Origin: Lytechinus pictus
Taxonomy: Eukaryota
NCBI RefSeq assembly: GCF_037042905.1
Contig: NC_087252.1
Span: 15,626,001 to 15,690,000, forward strand
Length of the DNA stretch: 64,000 nt
Direction: 5' to 3'
Numbering within the stretch: the stretch's first letter is position 1; each line of letters starts with the position of its first letter. The position numbers were made by a program, and so were the translations under genes. The notes under the pieces are model-generated. The model was given only the letters and a program-made list of their open reading frames with translations, was not told the DNA's origin and searched no databases. Shown piece by piece: positions 25,328 to 37,794 of this stretch.

Positions 25328-26200
25328 TGAGTGTTTGTACCTTCTTGATAGCACCAATCCAAATATGGACACCTTATGAATTTTGACAGCAGAAATCTCT
25401 CTCCCGTCTTGTTGAATAGAAATGTGTCAATATCTACCACCGCCACCATTGTGTGTTAAAGTAGACCACTCACAATCATAAGGTCACTCATATTTATTCA
25501 TCATGGCCCGAAACTGGACTAAGTGCTTAGTATCAAAAAGAGTAAAAAATGGGGATTAAACTATTTTCTTTGACCAGCACTTTGTTACAGAGAAAATCCC
25601 ATAGAAAAGAGGTGTTATGCCACCTGCCCCCAAAGTTGCCTAAAAAGTACAATGATTTAATAGAGAATGAAAGCATTGAAATTCAGGAGGCTTTATTGAC
25701 TAGGCTCATTGAGCATTTCAGCTTTCTCCTCAGGTAATTAGCAAAATTGAAAAGCCTAGAGGTCAAAGCTGGGGGTTGAAGTGTGTCACCATCTTGAGCT
25801 GCATCATTTATTTGTATTTTCTGCTTTTTTTTAGAGTTTTTATGCAAATGTTAAGGACATGCAAATGTATATAGGTCTGTCTTGGGGACATGTATGATAT
25901 TTGAGATCAGAGTCCGGGCCATCAGGGGTGAAGGGGCGGGAAGGGGTGCCTTTCTTTTTTCCTTAGGGGGTCATGCATAGGGGGCTGGGGGTGACACTTG
26001 ATATTTCTTAAGTGGGTCAATCAATTTGTTGCTCCCTTTCCTTTTTTGACAGGCCCTTCCAAAACAAAAGATCTTTTTAGAGTTTTATCCCATTGTTTCT
26101 TATTGATTTATCTTTCTATAGGGATGATGATGCTAATGTCCTACTAGTGATTTGATGATTTTCTTCTTCATCTTTGCTTTGAAATTTTGTATGAAACTTA

Positions 26201-26774
26201 TATGCTTTTCACACTGTACTTTTTTTCCTTAACCCACTTCGTTTTCACACTACGTTTTAGCAAAGTGGGCTAGCATGGTAAATAGTATGGTACTATCTGG
26301 CCCTGCAAAAAAGCAGGGTTAGCTGGCTAATATGCTTTTCACACTGTACTTTTTTTCCTTAACCCCGGGAAATTGGTGGGGCTAAGGGGGGGGGGGCCTT
26401 AGCCCTTGCCCCCCCCCCCATATTTCCTGGGGTTAAGCTTAGCCCACTTCGTTTTCACACTACGTTTTAGCAAAGTGGGCTAGCACGGTAAATAGTATGG
26501 TACTATCTGGCCCTGCAAAAAAGCAGGGTTAGCCGGCTTATTGTGGTGCTAGCACCACAATTGCTGTGCTAAGAGATGCAGTGTGAAATGAAACTGGGCT
26601 AAGGAACAGTGGGGCTAAGCAATAGCCAATCACAGAAGTAGAAATTGCACGTTAATCACGTTCTGTATGATAAAATCATTAATATTCATGAACTGTGGGA
26701 TAGTACGGGGTTAAGGCGTTAACCCCGGCTAAGCAGATAGTATGGGCTTAAGGAAATGCAATATGAAAAGCATA
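26201..26774. mobile_element. PIF/Harbinger-like MITE with duplicated left end
   Basis: TIR TATGCTTTTCACACTG (26201 and again 26331) / CAATATGAAAAGCATA (ends 26774); TTA on both outer sides. Confidence 0.85.
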
Positions 26775-27207
26775 TTAAAACATACAGAAACAAAAGTGTT
26801 TTTTTATAGTGTGTTACTTGAGATGAAGAAGACCATATTATAAGATATTAGGGTATAGATGTAGTTCATTGTTGTGTGGATTTCACATTGCAAGAGCCTT
26901 CATCGATCGCAAACATTGATCTAGACTCTACTAACCTTACCCTGATAAATAAGCATAAGGTCCACATTTTCCGTCTTATCTACCAGGAAGTAGTTTATTA
27001 CCCTCATTTCATATTAACTCTGTATTACATTGAAATTATAACCTCTCTCATAGGAGAAAAATCACTGCCAAAGTATTTTCCAGAAGGATGTCTTGGTAGG
27101 AATAAAAATGATAGAAACTTCAAACATGTTTTTCTCTAAATTGTGTTTTTATTCATTCACTTATTTATTAAGTTAGGCTCTTAATAGGTGGTCTGGTTTA
27201 ATATTTA

Positions 27208-27418
27208 CACTGTAAAAACACGGTTTTAAACACGTTGTTTAAGCCCGTCACTCTAACAACAACTTTTTAAACTTTTTAAACAACTGTTTGAACTTTTTAA
27301 ACAACTGTTTAAACTTTTTAAACAAGTTGCTTAAAGAGTTTAAACAATTACAAACAAGTTTAAACAACTTGTTGTTAGAGTGACGGGCTGAAACACTGCC
27401 TATTTTTTTTTTAATGTG
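27208..27418. mobile_element. CACTGTAAAAA-type MITE with internal inverted and tandem repeats
   Basis: TA-CACTGTAAAAA start; inverted pair AGCCCGTCACTCTAACAACAA / TTGTTGTTAGAGTGACGGGCT; tandem ~21-bp AACTTTTTAAACAACTGTTT(A/G) units. Confidence 0.8.
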
Positions 27419-27533
27419 TAGAAAAAGAATAAAGTGAAACCCTTGATGAGAAACTGATCATGCTGAAGGTATGCCAGGGTATAACCATTTCTTACATAAT
27501 ACTGTAAATGTAAGGTAATATACTTGACATTAA

Positions 27534-27930
27534 AGAGAAATGCCAGTAGTTGCAGTAAACACTGATTTCATGAGAAAGTCTGTAAAACCAGGCTTAATTG
27601 TCAGTATATCATCGAGGATCTAAATCTGGTACAGTTACATAAACTGAACTTTGTGAAATCTTGAAATCTACGCTGAAAAATGTTCACACTGAAGATCACC
27701 AACACAGATAGGCACACGTGGGACAGTGTATTATTAATATTGCTGGAATAAAGACCCGACGGAAGTGACAGAATCCGCGCTTAATTTGCTTATTTCTCAG
27801 CCATTACACAATTTCTTCCAGAATCTTTTGGCACATATTTTTTATTCATACAAACAGACACTTTGGTGGTCATTATATTAGATTCTGTAAAAAGTCATTT
27901 TGAGATCGTTACCAGAACTGGAATTTATCT
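27534..27930. mobile_element. Kolobok-like non-autonomous element (~395 bp), copy 2
   Basis: TTAA-AGAGAAATGCCAGT ... ACTGGAATTTATCT-TTAA; highly similar to 4031-4425. Confidence 0.9.
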
Positions 27931-28118
27931 TTAAAGGTTTGTTTAATTATCTTATCCAGTAGGCAATCCTGATACGATCACCTTTCAAAGAGATGAGACA
28001 GACAGAATAATATTATTTACATTACTGTGTCCATTTCTCCCTCCCCTTTTCCTCCTTTGTCAATTTCTTTCTCCTTTTTCTTCTCTCCATTCTTTTTCTT
28101 TCTCTCCTCCTTTATACA

Positions 28119-28534
28119 CACTCTCAGACGTTTTTTTCAACTCCCTGCCTTTTTAACCAACTCCAAAAGTTGACTAGAAATAAACTTACACAGTGAAAAC
28201 GCTGTTTGAAAATTTCTACAACACTTTACTATATGAACCTTACACTGGTTGTTTAATAGTTAAAACAACCATGCTTAATTTGCTGAGAATTAAATATCAA
28301 ATATTGAACATTGTTGTCTAAAATTTTAAACACTTGTTTGGTCTGTTTAAACAACTACTATAAGGGTCTTATTGTAAACACCATGCAAACTTAAAGAAAA
28401 TTTTTACTGTGTACCAGCTGTTGGTTAAAAAATCAATCTGAATTACTTTGCATGCAAATTATTATTTTAACCAACAGTTCATAGGTTTATATTTTAACCA
28501 ACTGATATAGGTTGGTTAAGAAATTCTGAGAGTG
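28119..28534. mobile_element. CACTCTCAGA...TCTGAGAGTG MITE (EnSpm/CMC-like, AACCAAC repeats) containing a nested element
   Basis: 10-bp perfect TIR; 2-bp TSD CA/CA; relatives at 7626, 39665, 49930 and 59910. Confidence 0.8.
28189..28411. mobile_element. CACAGT...ACTGTG MITE (TTTAAACAA repeats) nested in the 28119 element
   Basis: TA-CACAGTGAAAA / TTTTTACTGTG-TA; relative at 39430-39594. Confidence 0.75.
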
Positions 28535-28996
28535 CATTATACCGATACACCTCTAACCCCTATCTAATCTGCTAATGATACATTCCAGCATAAGGTAGCA
28601 TGCGGAATCAAGTCTGTGGCCTAATGAGATAATTACTCTGTTTTAATTAACATCTCCAAAATTAGATTAAGCAACGGTATGTGATAAACGATAATTGAAA
28701 AATGTACTGATCAATTAAACACTGCTCATATAGGCTTTGAATGGAAAAAAAGTGCAAAGTTAATGCAATGAGAAGTCACGGGTCTGTATCGATATTTTAA
28801 TTCTATGATTATTAAATAAAGAATCGTAAAGGCTGCACTAAAATATCTTTTCCCTGTTTAGATGTCCACCATATATGACAGATGTTCGTAAAGCTTTTTA
28901 GTAGATTTATTCAGTCCATGTTCTCATTATTCAATTATAGGGCACCATCTAGTTATGTAATCCGACACATTTCATTCTGCCTTCACATAAACCTAT

Positions 28997-29195
28997 GTAG
29001 TATGCGTGGCAATGGAGTCGTGGAACTCTTGTTGGAATGCTCCCCAGGGAGTGGAGAAAGTATATACTTTGTGTGCGGGCATGCCAGGATCCGATGACCG
29101 GGTAATAATAATTACTATGTAAAGCGCTTAGAAACAGACTTAAAGTGTAATTAACACTATGTAAATGTAACTATTATTTATTATTATTTATATTA
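28997..29195 (+). mobile_element. 3' portion of a second SINE-like element
   Basis: ATGCTCCCCAGGGAGTGGAG...CCGGGTAATAAT...GTAAAGCGCTTAG and a (TTA)n-like tail; 3' organisation parallels the 3614 copy. Confidence 0.5.
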
Positions 29196-30344
29196 GATGA
29201 GGCTTTTACACTCTATTGGGTAAGAATCTACTTGATGTGTGAAAAGAACACATTTTGGGTATGTCTGCTGGGGAAAAGATAATAATAATACTACAAAGTT
29301 CTTGTGGGTAGCGCATATTTCATTCATTATGATGTAATGCCTAAATGTGCTTCCAAAAGACTTGGATATTATTACCACAGCTTTATAGCCTCGCTGCCTT
29401 TTACTGGGTAAATTTTACACATTATTGCTTAAAATTTCTAGAAGATTAAAATTATTTTCCCAAACCAAACATAGGCCTACCTGTTCCGATTCAATCCAGT
29501 ATTATGTGAATATTTAGAGCACTTGCAAATATATTTGTATATTTCAGAATACTGAAATGTGTTTCTACAAGTGTTTGCTTAAGGGGCTTTCACATTGCTC
29601 GTGCGATTGTTTGCGATCATTTGGTCACAGTATATGTTGCACAGAATCGCAACGGTTGTAAGCAGTCGCATCACTAATTGTGAAAGGGGCTTTATGCGTG
29701 CATGTATAAATGGATGGATGGTGACAGATAATGACATACTTCATAATGACTACCCCTTTAACCATTTCTCAGACTTTCACTGATGTTCATCTTTTTTATA
29801 ACTTTATAGTAAATGAAGCCATGTTTTATCTGCAAAAGTTTACATATTTTAAACGCATAATTTCATGTCAACACCTAGTAATCTTGTTGTGTGCCAAGCT
29901 AAGATCAGGCAATAATAAAAGAGTGGAAAATCACTATATCCATGAAACTGTCATCAACACTCGTTCCAGACCATATAAGGTCATAATTGCACCTTTCTTA
30001 CTCCTTACATTAGCCAGTTGACTTGAAGCAAGTATACCTGTTAAAACACTTCACATCTTCTACTTCCTAATGATAGTTCTACTACAAATCATGCCTTGTT
30101 ATCGCCTAAAGTGACGCAGCGTTCGACTAAATCGTTTTTACTTCTGGAAAATCGCATTATCGATGTCGATATAAAAATATCAGAAAGAGTACTATGAAGC
30201 TGCGTGCATAATCATTTGAATGAGCATCTTTCAAAGTTATATATTGCTGTGTTTTATTGAGTCATATGTAAGTCCATCACTTTTTTTTGGGGGGGGGTGG
30301 ATGGTGTCATAATCTCTTCTCCCATTTCTGTTTACTTTATATAA

Positions 30345-30772
30345 GTCTACATGTACTATCACCAATTTTTAATAGTTTAGTCTATGCCTGCATTGTACAG
30401 CTTAGAGAGAATTCATGTTCTAGATATTATTTATCAATCTCTCTTTTCAGTGAAAATATTTGTGGTGTTCAGATTTCCCCCACTTCTGTTCAGTGTAAAC
30501 CCTATGTACTGCCAACAATGTTAAAAGTCTAGTCTAGGCATTGTACTGAGAGAGAATTTGTGTTCTAGATATTATTTATTAATCCCTCTTTTCAGAGAAA
30601 ATATTTGTGTAGTTCACATTTCCCCTACTTCTGTTTACCTGTAAACCTACGTTTTATCACCTATTCCTAATAGTTTAGTCGAGACATTGTAGAACTTGAT
30701 AGACATCATGTTCTAGAGATTATTTATTAATCCCCCTTTTCAGTGAAAATATTTGTGGAGTTCATATTTCCT
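30345..30772. repeat. ~147-bp tandem repeat, about 3 diverged copies
   Basis: TGTTCTAGA recurs at 30416, 30561 and 30709. Confidence 0.88.
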
Positions 30773-31621
30773 TTTTAATGAATCATGCCCTCTCAGTTTC
30801 AAGTCAATAAATAATTTATTGAAATGTAATACTTACAGGCCTGGAATGCAAGAATAAATTCTTTCATTCGACTCTCTGGTCTGTGATTCAATTAAAATGA
30901 TAATTGTTCTGACATCTGTATTTTTCTAAGGTCAATCAGATTTTAAAAGCAAAACAAAATCATTTCTTGCATTTGTTGTACCTCTAACTAGTAGTTGTGA
31001 GTTGTTAAGGATTCAGCGTTATGTCGAATGTGTGTAATACCATAGGGGGTCTTATCCACACATTGATATTTTAGAGGCCCTGGCTCATTATTTCGTACAT
31101 ATTGGTGATTGTAAATGATTTTGATTTTCAATTTTGATGTTGCCAAATAGATTAAATTAAATTCAGATAGTGAAAAATCAGTGAGTTTTATGGTGAGTAT
31201 GGTATAACAAAATAGTTAAGTTGCCTCCCCCTCCATGATTAACCATAAATAGTGGTTTATTATGGATACGTTAATAAAGACTGAAGTTTTGCCATTTGTA
31301 TGTAACTTCACCAGAAAGGGTAACTTTTATTCCCAGAGATCCTTGTTTCGTGATAGTTGAATTATGACTGATGCATTAAGAGTGGCTTAAAAAGGCTGAC
31401 GAGCAATTGGTCCGAGTACATTGCTTCACCTCTAGTTTAGAAGTCACTGGAGGGTTTTGACATTTTTGCTCTGTTTTACATTAATGCATCGAGAATCTCA
31501 AATATGTAAGGGGTAAATAATGACCCCTGTGGTACCATACCCTCTTGAGTGCTGATATACCCTCTATGTATTGTATCCATGATATTAGATTTTAACCTCT
31601 TTCCTAGGGCTTGATCCAAAC

Positions 31622-31757
31622 AGAGATAAACTCTAAAAGTATGGTATCCTCAACTAACAGTCTTCATATTTTTTTTTTTAATCCCCTTTAGAGATAAACT
31701 CTAAAGTATGGTATCCTCAACTAACAATATTCATATTTTTCTTTATTTTCCCCCTTT
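31622..31757. repeat. ~68-bp tandem duplication
   Basis: AGAGATAAACTCTAAA(A)GTATGGTATCCTCAACTAACA occurs twice. Confidence 0.9.
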
Positions 31758-33317
31758 GATAGCAGAATCTATAAATTTTACTCAGATAATGGAAAACGGG
31801 ACCCTTTGCAATCATTATGATTATCAATATAATTGACACCTGTCATTTTGAAAGGGAGATATTTTCACTGTCCTCCAAAAGATACAAAATAGGAATTTCT
31901 TATAGTGAAATACACATCAAAAGTAAGTGGGATACCATTGGAATGTCACTAGTAATTTGAAACTGAGAATGGGTCTTCACTTTTGTATTAAAAATACATC
32001 GGATTTTGATTACATTTTTAACAAAGCTCTTTTGATTTGTATCTTTTTTTATTCTGAACTAATCAACTTTTTTCAAACTAAAACAAGTATTTTTCAATGT
32101 ATATATTTATAACTGTCTCTGTATTTTTTTCTTCATTATTGTAAAAACAGTTTGTACATCAATAACCTGACCTTATTTAGGAGGCAATAGATAAAAAGGT
32201 TAAAGCAAAATTCATTCTGTTCTTAAAGCTTTTACAATCATTCATTCATTCGGCCAGATGATGAAAAACAAACAAACAAAACAGAAGATGAAAATTATGG
32301 AAACTTTGCCGAGGGTCGCTTTTCTTGCCGCTCTCTTTGACTCGACCGCGGTGGCTCTGCCCGACAAATTAAGCGTTGAATAAAAGTCATCAATTTGTAT
32401 ATATCTGTGGGTCTTCCTCTGCTCCTATTATACCACATGGTTGGGGAGCGTTTCCCGGGGCTGTTTATGCGCGAAGTAATTACAGGTGTCCTCGTGAACG
32501 AAAGAAAAATAGAAGGAGGCAACGGGGCCAGGAGAAGAAAAGCAGGAGACAATCTAAAGTGATGCTATGCCCTGTAAAAATATAGTCACTTTATATCGAG
32601 TTGTGCCTTTTTGGCTTCATCTCCCTTTTTATGTTGCCCTTTGCTCTTTTGCGTCTTCCCAACCAATATGTTGGCATGCACAATCAATTCACTCTGCTTT
32701 TTTTGTAATGTTCTCTGTGTGGTAAGCATTCCACTTTCTTTCACTCTGTTCTGTTCATGTGACCTATCTCTTCCCCCCCTCCACCTTTCCCTTTCATTAT
32801 ATATTTTCCATCTAAACATAATACAAAGTAATATCATTCAGATACAAAACAATGGCTGAATGTTATAATAACACAATCGGTGATTGCAAGATCATAACAT
32901 GTATCCCCCCCCCTCTCATTGGCATTTTATTTACTTTTTTCAGTTTGTAATTCAGGTTTTGGGTAAATGAAGTCTGTTTTTTTTTCCTTTGAATCTTGCA
33001 TGGGATCAAATCTAGATTTCTGTCATGTATGAGAGTAAATCAAATCCATGTATATTTCTTTGGAAGGCATGGATATGAATGTTCTACATCTTATCTCATA
33101 GATAGGCTGTTACAATTTAGTGAATATAATTATTTAGATTGCTGTAATAGTGACTTTGTCCAGTCCATATTTTCTTTCCACCTCAACATCCAATGTCTTT
33201 GAGTGAACAGAAAAAACCCAGAAATTCAACAGACGTTGAATGTGAAAATATGAAATATTTTCTTTTTATAACGCTGCTAAGGCTCCAGCTTCACCATTTG
33301 TAGTACTTAGCAATTAT

Positions 33318-33431
33318 CAGTGGCGGACCGTGACCTAGAGGAGACAAAGCATTGGAGGGGCACAGTATTGTTCACATACAATACAGTGCCCCTCCAATCA
33401 ATTGTCTCCTCCGGGTCACGGTCCGCCACTG
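33318..33431. mobile_element. 114-bp hAT-like hairpin MITE
   Basis: CAGTGGCGGACCGTGACC / GGTCACGGTCCGCCACTG; perfect 8-bp TSD GCAATTAT (33310-33317 and 33432-33439). Confidence 0.95.
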
Positions 33432-33568
33432 GCAATTATTACATGATAATGACCAAATCAAGAAGCTTGGTTATCATCAATACTACAACATATTTCAAAA
33501 GATCATATTTGTGGATAGTGTGTGACATCGTCATAACTCTCATTTGCATATCATCCCAGTTATGCATA

Positions 33569-33752
33569 CACATGTAAAACTGTAGTATGGTGTTGATTGA
33601 TTGGTGTATGAGTGTTATTACATCACCTTTGGTTATTACTTTGCACTTCTTGGTGTTACATCCCATCCCTAAGGTGTAATGTTAACTCCACAGGGTGTGT
33701 GGTCCTCTAGTGACACCAAATGGTGTCAGTTTTAACACCTATGTTTACAGTC
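33569..33752. mobile_element. ACACC/GGTGT-repeat MITE copy
   Basis: GTGTGGTCCTCTAGTGACACCAAATGGTGTCAGTTTTAACACC shared with the 37544 copy. Confidence 0.75.
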
Positions 33753-34374
33753 ACAGGAATGTCATAACTTTCAAATTTTTCTTCTGATTTCTTCAAATTA
33801 TTCAGTTGTATTCTCTTTTGATTGTCTGTATTCATTGAAATCAACTTTCTTTGGGTGACTTGACCTTTCATTCACTGTTTCTTTTCATCTGGATAAAGCA
33901 ACCTTTGCTTTGAAAAATTTGTTTCAAAAGTGTTTTGAAGTGTGTCAAATTCTTCAAGGACTATACCTATTTTTAAAACATATGTAATGTGAATGAATAT
34001 TGTTTGAAGAGATATCTGGCATTAATTTGAGGATCAGAAAACTGGGAAATGTCATTATGTTTCCTTTCATAAAGTATGTTGAATAGTCTCACATACTTCA
34101 AGAAGGATAAACATGCTTGGCTGTTCAATAGGAGCGTTGTTTAGATGGCCTTGTTGCGACAAGTTTGGGGGCATTTATTACCAAACATTACAAGTGGTCT
34201 CTCACAATCACAAAAGGATGTTTGAAAGGGATACATGCATCGGAGTGACAGAGAGGAGGCAGGTTTCACAAAGGAATGGTGGTTGTGAAAGTATGATTAC
34301 CCCCCCCACCCTGAAAATGTATTAAGGAAAAAAAAAACTTTCACTCTGTGTGCCATATTTGTTACTTACATTTT

Positions 34375-34637
34375 GAGCGTTGTAGCCCAGTGGATTTGTC
34401 TCTGGACTTTGAAACAGAGGGTAGTGGGTTCGAATCCCAGGAATGGCGTAATTTCCTTCAGCAAGAATCAATCCAAATTGTGCTTCACTCAACCCAGGTG
34501 AAGTGAATATGGGTAGCTGGCAGGATTAATTTCCCTGAATGTATCTAGCGATTTTTGAAGCTGAGCTAAGCTGGGGTAAAATATATTGCACCAATTAGGT
34601 AGTTGGCGCCGCATAAATGCTATATGATATTTATTAA
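34375..34637 (+). mobile_element. Near full-length tRNA-derived SINE
   Basis: A box TAGCCCAGTGG (34383-34393), B box GGTTCGAATCCC (34427-34438), core ACTCAACCCAGGTG and an AT-rich tail; three further copies in the window. Confidence 0.8.
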
Positions 34638-35369
34638 TAGGGCCTGCATATTTGATTAATAACAATATATATATGTATATATACTGTTACAGACAGATTA
34701 TCTGTAGATTAAAGACTTGGCAAAGAATAATGAGATAAAACTGATTTTTCTTTTAAATATAAAAACTGCAATTTAGTTTAAAAATTGATGTGACAAACAA
34801 TGAGATTTCATTAGTTGAAACCAAGAATGAGCCGTTGCTATGATACCATTTTGTGATATGTACGAGTTTGTAACCTTGATATTAAATTCATAAACTTTTC
34901 TGTAGGTCTACAGTTGAACAGTATCACAAGGTTAGGGGAGGACAATTTTTCTGTATAGGAATTAAATTTTTTCAGTGAATTTATTCCTTACTCTCTTGTA
35001 ATTGTGAGATATGTTTCTGAATGATGGTTTTGCCAAAGAAAAATAGCAAATTAGGTCAACGTGGCAACTCTGTTTACGCAATACAATCCTCATTTGTACC
35101 TCTGCAAAGCTCACATCGCAAAACTCATATCTACATTTCTGAATACCCCTTTGTAATCGTATGTTCGTGTATGACCGAGTTGCAGTCGGACTCGTCTGTG
35201 TTACATGGTAATAAATGCTGGTGAAGGATACGTGGAAGAAAATCAGATCCTGAATTTGAAGTTGTCGGGTTAATTAGGTTTGGATATACACACCTCTGAA
35301 GTGGATCAAGCCCTCATGATACCCATTCACACTGAAGCAAATATGGAGAAAAGTTCCAATACAGTTGGT

Positions 35370-35727
35370 CCATTCGGACAGAACAGTGGTTTCGCAGTCC
35401 GGTGGTGTCCCGAGTAAGATTCCCACTTGGTGCACTTGTGCCATTTGGTATGGCAGTTATACCTTGGTCACATTTGCTCTACGGCGGCCGTACGGCGAGT
35501 CAAAAACAGTCGTTTTAACATTTTATGTACCAACTTCATATAGGTGGTTTAAATTAGAATTAATAAAACGGCTGTTTTCGACTCGCCGTACGGCCGCCGT
35601 AGAGCAAATGTGACCAAGGTATAACTGTCACTACAAGGTCCCTCAGAGAGGACCTGAGCCTTCGGTCATCTGGTTGATTGCTAAGCAATCAAGTGAAAAT
35701 CACCAGCAAATGAAACAAATAAATCAT
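35370..35727 (+). mobile_element. Degraded SINE-like element interrupted by the 35460 MITE
   Basis: Degenerate tRNA-like head, GTCCCTCAGAGAGGACCTGAGCCTTCGGTC central motif and A-rich end; single copy here, recognised by resemblance only. Confidence 0.35.
35460..35621. mobile_element. 162-bp palindromic MITE (PIF/Harbinger-like)
   Basis: About 55-bp near-perfect TIRs TACCTTGGTCACATTTGCTCTACGGCGGCCGTACGGCGAGTC; flanks TTA/TAA. Confidence 0.9.
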
Positions 35728-36370
35728 AATGTCACTGTCTTTGCACTATGCGGAATCTACGACAATGGAATAGGTGAAAACATGGATGCTTTCGAGAATG
35801 ACTTCATAGTTATTTTGGAGTTAATTTGAAGTATAAATTTTTTTTTGTGTGCTTAATTACAGACCTCAACCATCAGTCAATTCCCACTCTCGCTGTTGGT
35901 TGTTTAGAGACTGCAGAAATAAAAATTTTCTTTCCAACTTTTATTGTTGGTTTTTTGTTTATATATATATATATCCTTGTGGCGAATAATAATGATAATA
36001 ATGATGAAAAAATATATACCATTTAATGTACATCTTGAGCCTTGAAGCAAGAGATGAGTTGTCTGTCATACGAATCGGATTTCACAGCGAATCATGTATT
36101 TCAATGAAATCGGGTATAAATGCTTCTACTAATTTGCCCAAATCCTTTTTAATCCCACCCTAACGCCCCCATCAATTGATCTCACCACACCTCTTCATCC
36201 CCTTCAAGTATCAGTATCATGAAGATTAATTTGGCAATCGCATTTCTTTGAGCCTTACCGCCTGGACTTAGCCCCAAGATATATCTCTCTCCAATTGTGG
36301 GTTGCCTCGAAAGAGAATGGAAAAACAAAATGAAAGAATTTCAGACAGAGCAGCAAACAGAAACGCACTA

Positions 36371-36843
36371 GGTGGTTTCAGACCGCCTCGAAGTTCGCCA
36401 GTTCCAGGTATTCTCTGATCGGGAAATTTACCCCGATCAGAAAATACCAGGTATTTTGGCGGTCTGAAAGCAAACTACGCGTAATATCCCCGAAAGAAAA
36501 TACCCGATAAATAGTAGGTACTTGGCGAAATTACGAGAACTTTCGCGGGGATTTTTCCAAGGTCGTGGGTATTTTGGCGGTCTGAAAGCAAATTACGGGA
36601 ACTTTTAGCCCAGCGTGTCGTTGGGTGCGGCGCCGTGGGTGGCTGCTGGGCTAGTGATTTTGAATCTCGCGCCTTGCTTGCTTATCAGACCATACTGCGC
36701 ATGCTCGTAACTTCAGGAACTTATCCCGAAGGGTATGTTTCAGGGCGGTGTGAATGCAGGAATAATTAATGGGTATTTTTCAGCCTAAAAAAGTTCTCGT
36801 AATTTAACGGGGATTCTTGTGATCGAGGCGGTTTGAAACCACC
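36371..36843. mobile_element. Young ~475-bp MITE (GGTGGTTTCAGACCGCCTCGA family), copy A
   Basis: TIR GGTGGTTTCAGACCGCCTCGA / TCGAGGCGGTTTGAAACCACC; TA flanks; near-identical to 51119 and 60139. Confidence 0.95.
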
Positions 36844-37543
36844 TATTGTCTCGTTCATTCTCAGCCTCTCTCACTCTCTTGTAGCCTATAGTATAAGCCA
36901 GATGATAGCTGCAACTATTGTCTTTGCAATAAGAGTTTGATGCCGTTACGCAAAATGTAAAGCAATATGTCTGATGCTGCGAGACTACAAACAGTGGCTT
37001 TGCATTTTTCTACTCAATGCATTCTTCAGACCAGGAAGGTGTGAACATATCCTTTCTAAGCAAAGGAGCAAGTTCTTTGAACTGATGAAGAAATATGTAC
37101 AACATTAATTGTGTCTCATTAGAGTGCAGGTTTGGGGATGGGATGTGGATGGGGGGGGGGTGATGAAACATTCTTTGTGAAGAATTTTGCAATCATCACC
37201 TTTGTAATAATGCAGACTTAATCTTTAGTTAATCACACATTTCCTCAACTCTAAACCATTTACATGGACTAGAAAGGGACCAGTCTTCCCTCCAAGCAGA
37301 GTTTACAACTTTTCAACACCAGGTTAAATAATGCTATTATCAAAAGCTTGTTTCTCACAAAGAGGGTTTCATGTATGAGAAAAAACGGGTTTCATGTAAG
37401 CATAGTCTTGATCAAGACATTCAGATAAATCGATTTCCGTCAATTTATATCCTTATCCCTAATTTATAGTGATGTGTAATATACGGGAACGTTTTAAAGG
37501 GATTTGTGGTAGAAAATTTAAGAAATTTATAGTGACAAATATA

Positions 37544-37767
37544 CACAGCATAAACTGTGGTGTTGATTGGTGTACATAGAAGACCACACCTGACTCCGGT
37601 GTAAAATTTTTGGTGTTCAACACCTGTGGGTGTTATTACAACACCTTTGCTTGTTATTGACTTGTTGGTGTTGTATTCAATCTCTAGGGTGTAATTTTAA
37701 CATTCCAGGGTGTGGTCCTCTAGGGACAACGACTGGTGTCAGTTTTAACACCCCGGTTTTTACAGTG
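37544..37767. mobile_element. ACACC/GGTGT-repeat MITE (CAC...GTG termini, TA flanks), reference copy
   Basis: TA-CACAGCATAAACTGTGGTGTT ... AACACCCCGGTTTTTACAGTG-TA; at least six further copies in the window. Confidence 0.85.
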
Positions 37768-37794
37768 TAATTAAAGGGTGAGAAAGAAACCAAA

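Noticed and set aside
34375..34445. tRNA gene
   Set aside because: A and B boxes are present but there is no proper acceptor stem, and it continues into a body shared with three other copies, so it is a SINE head.
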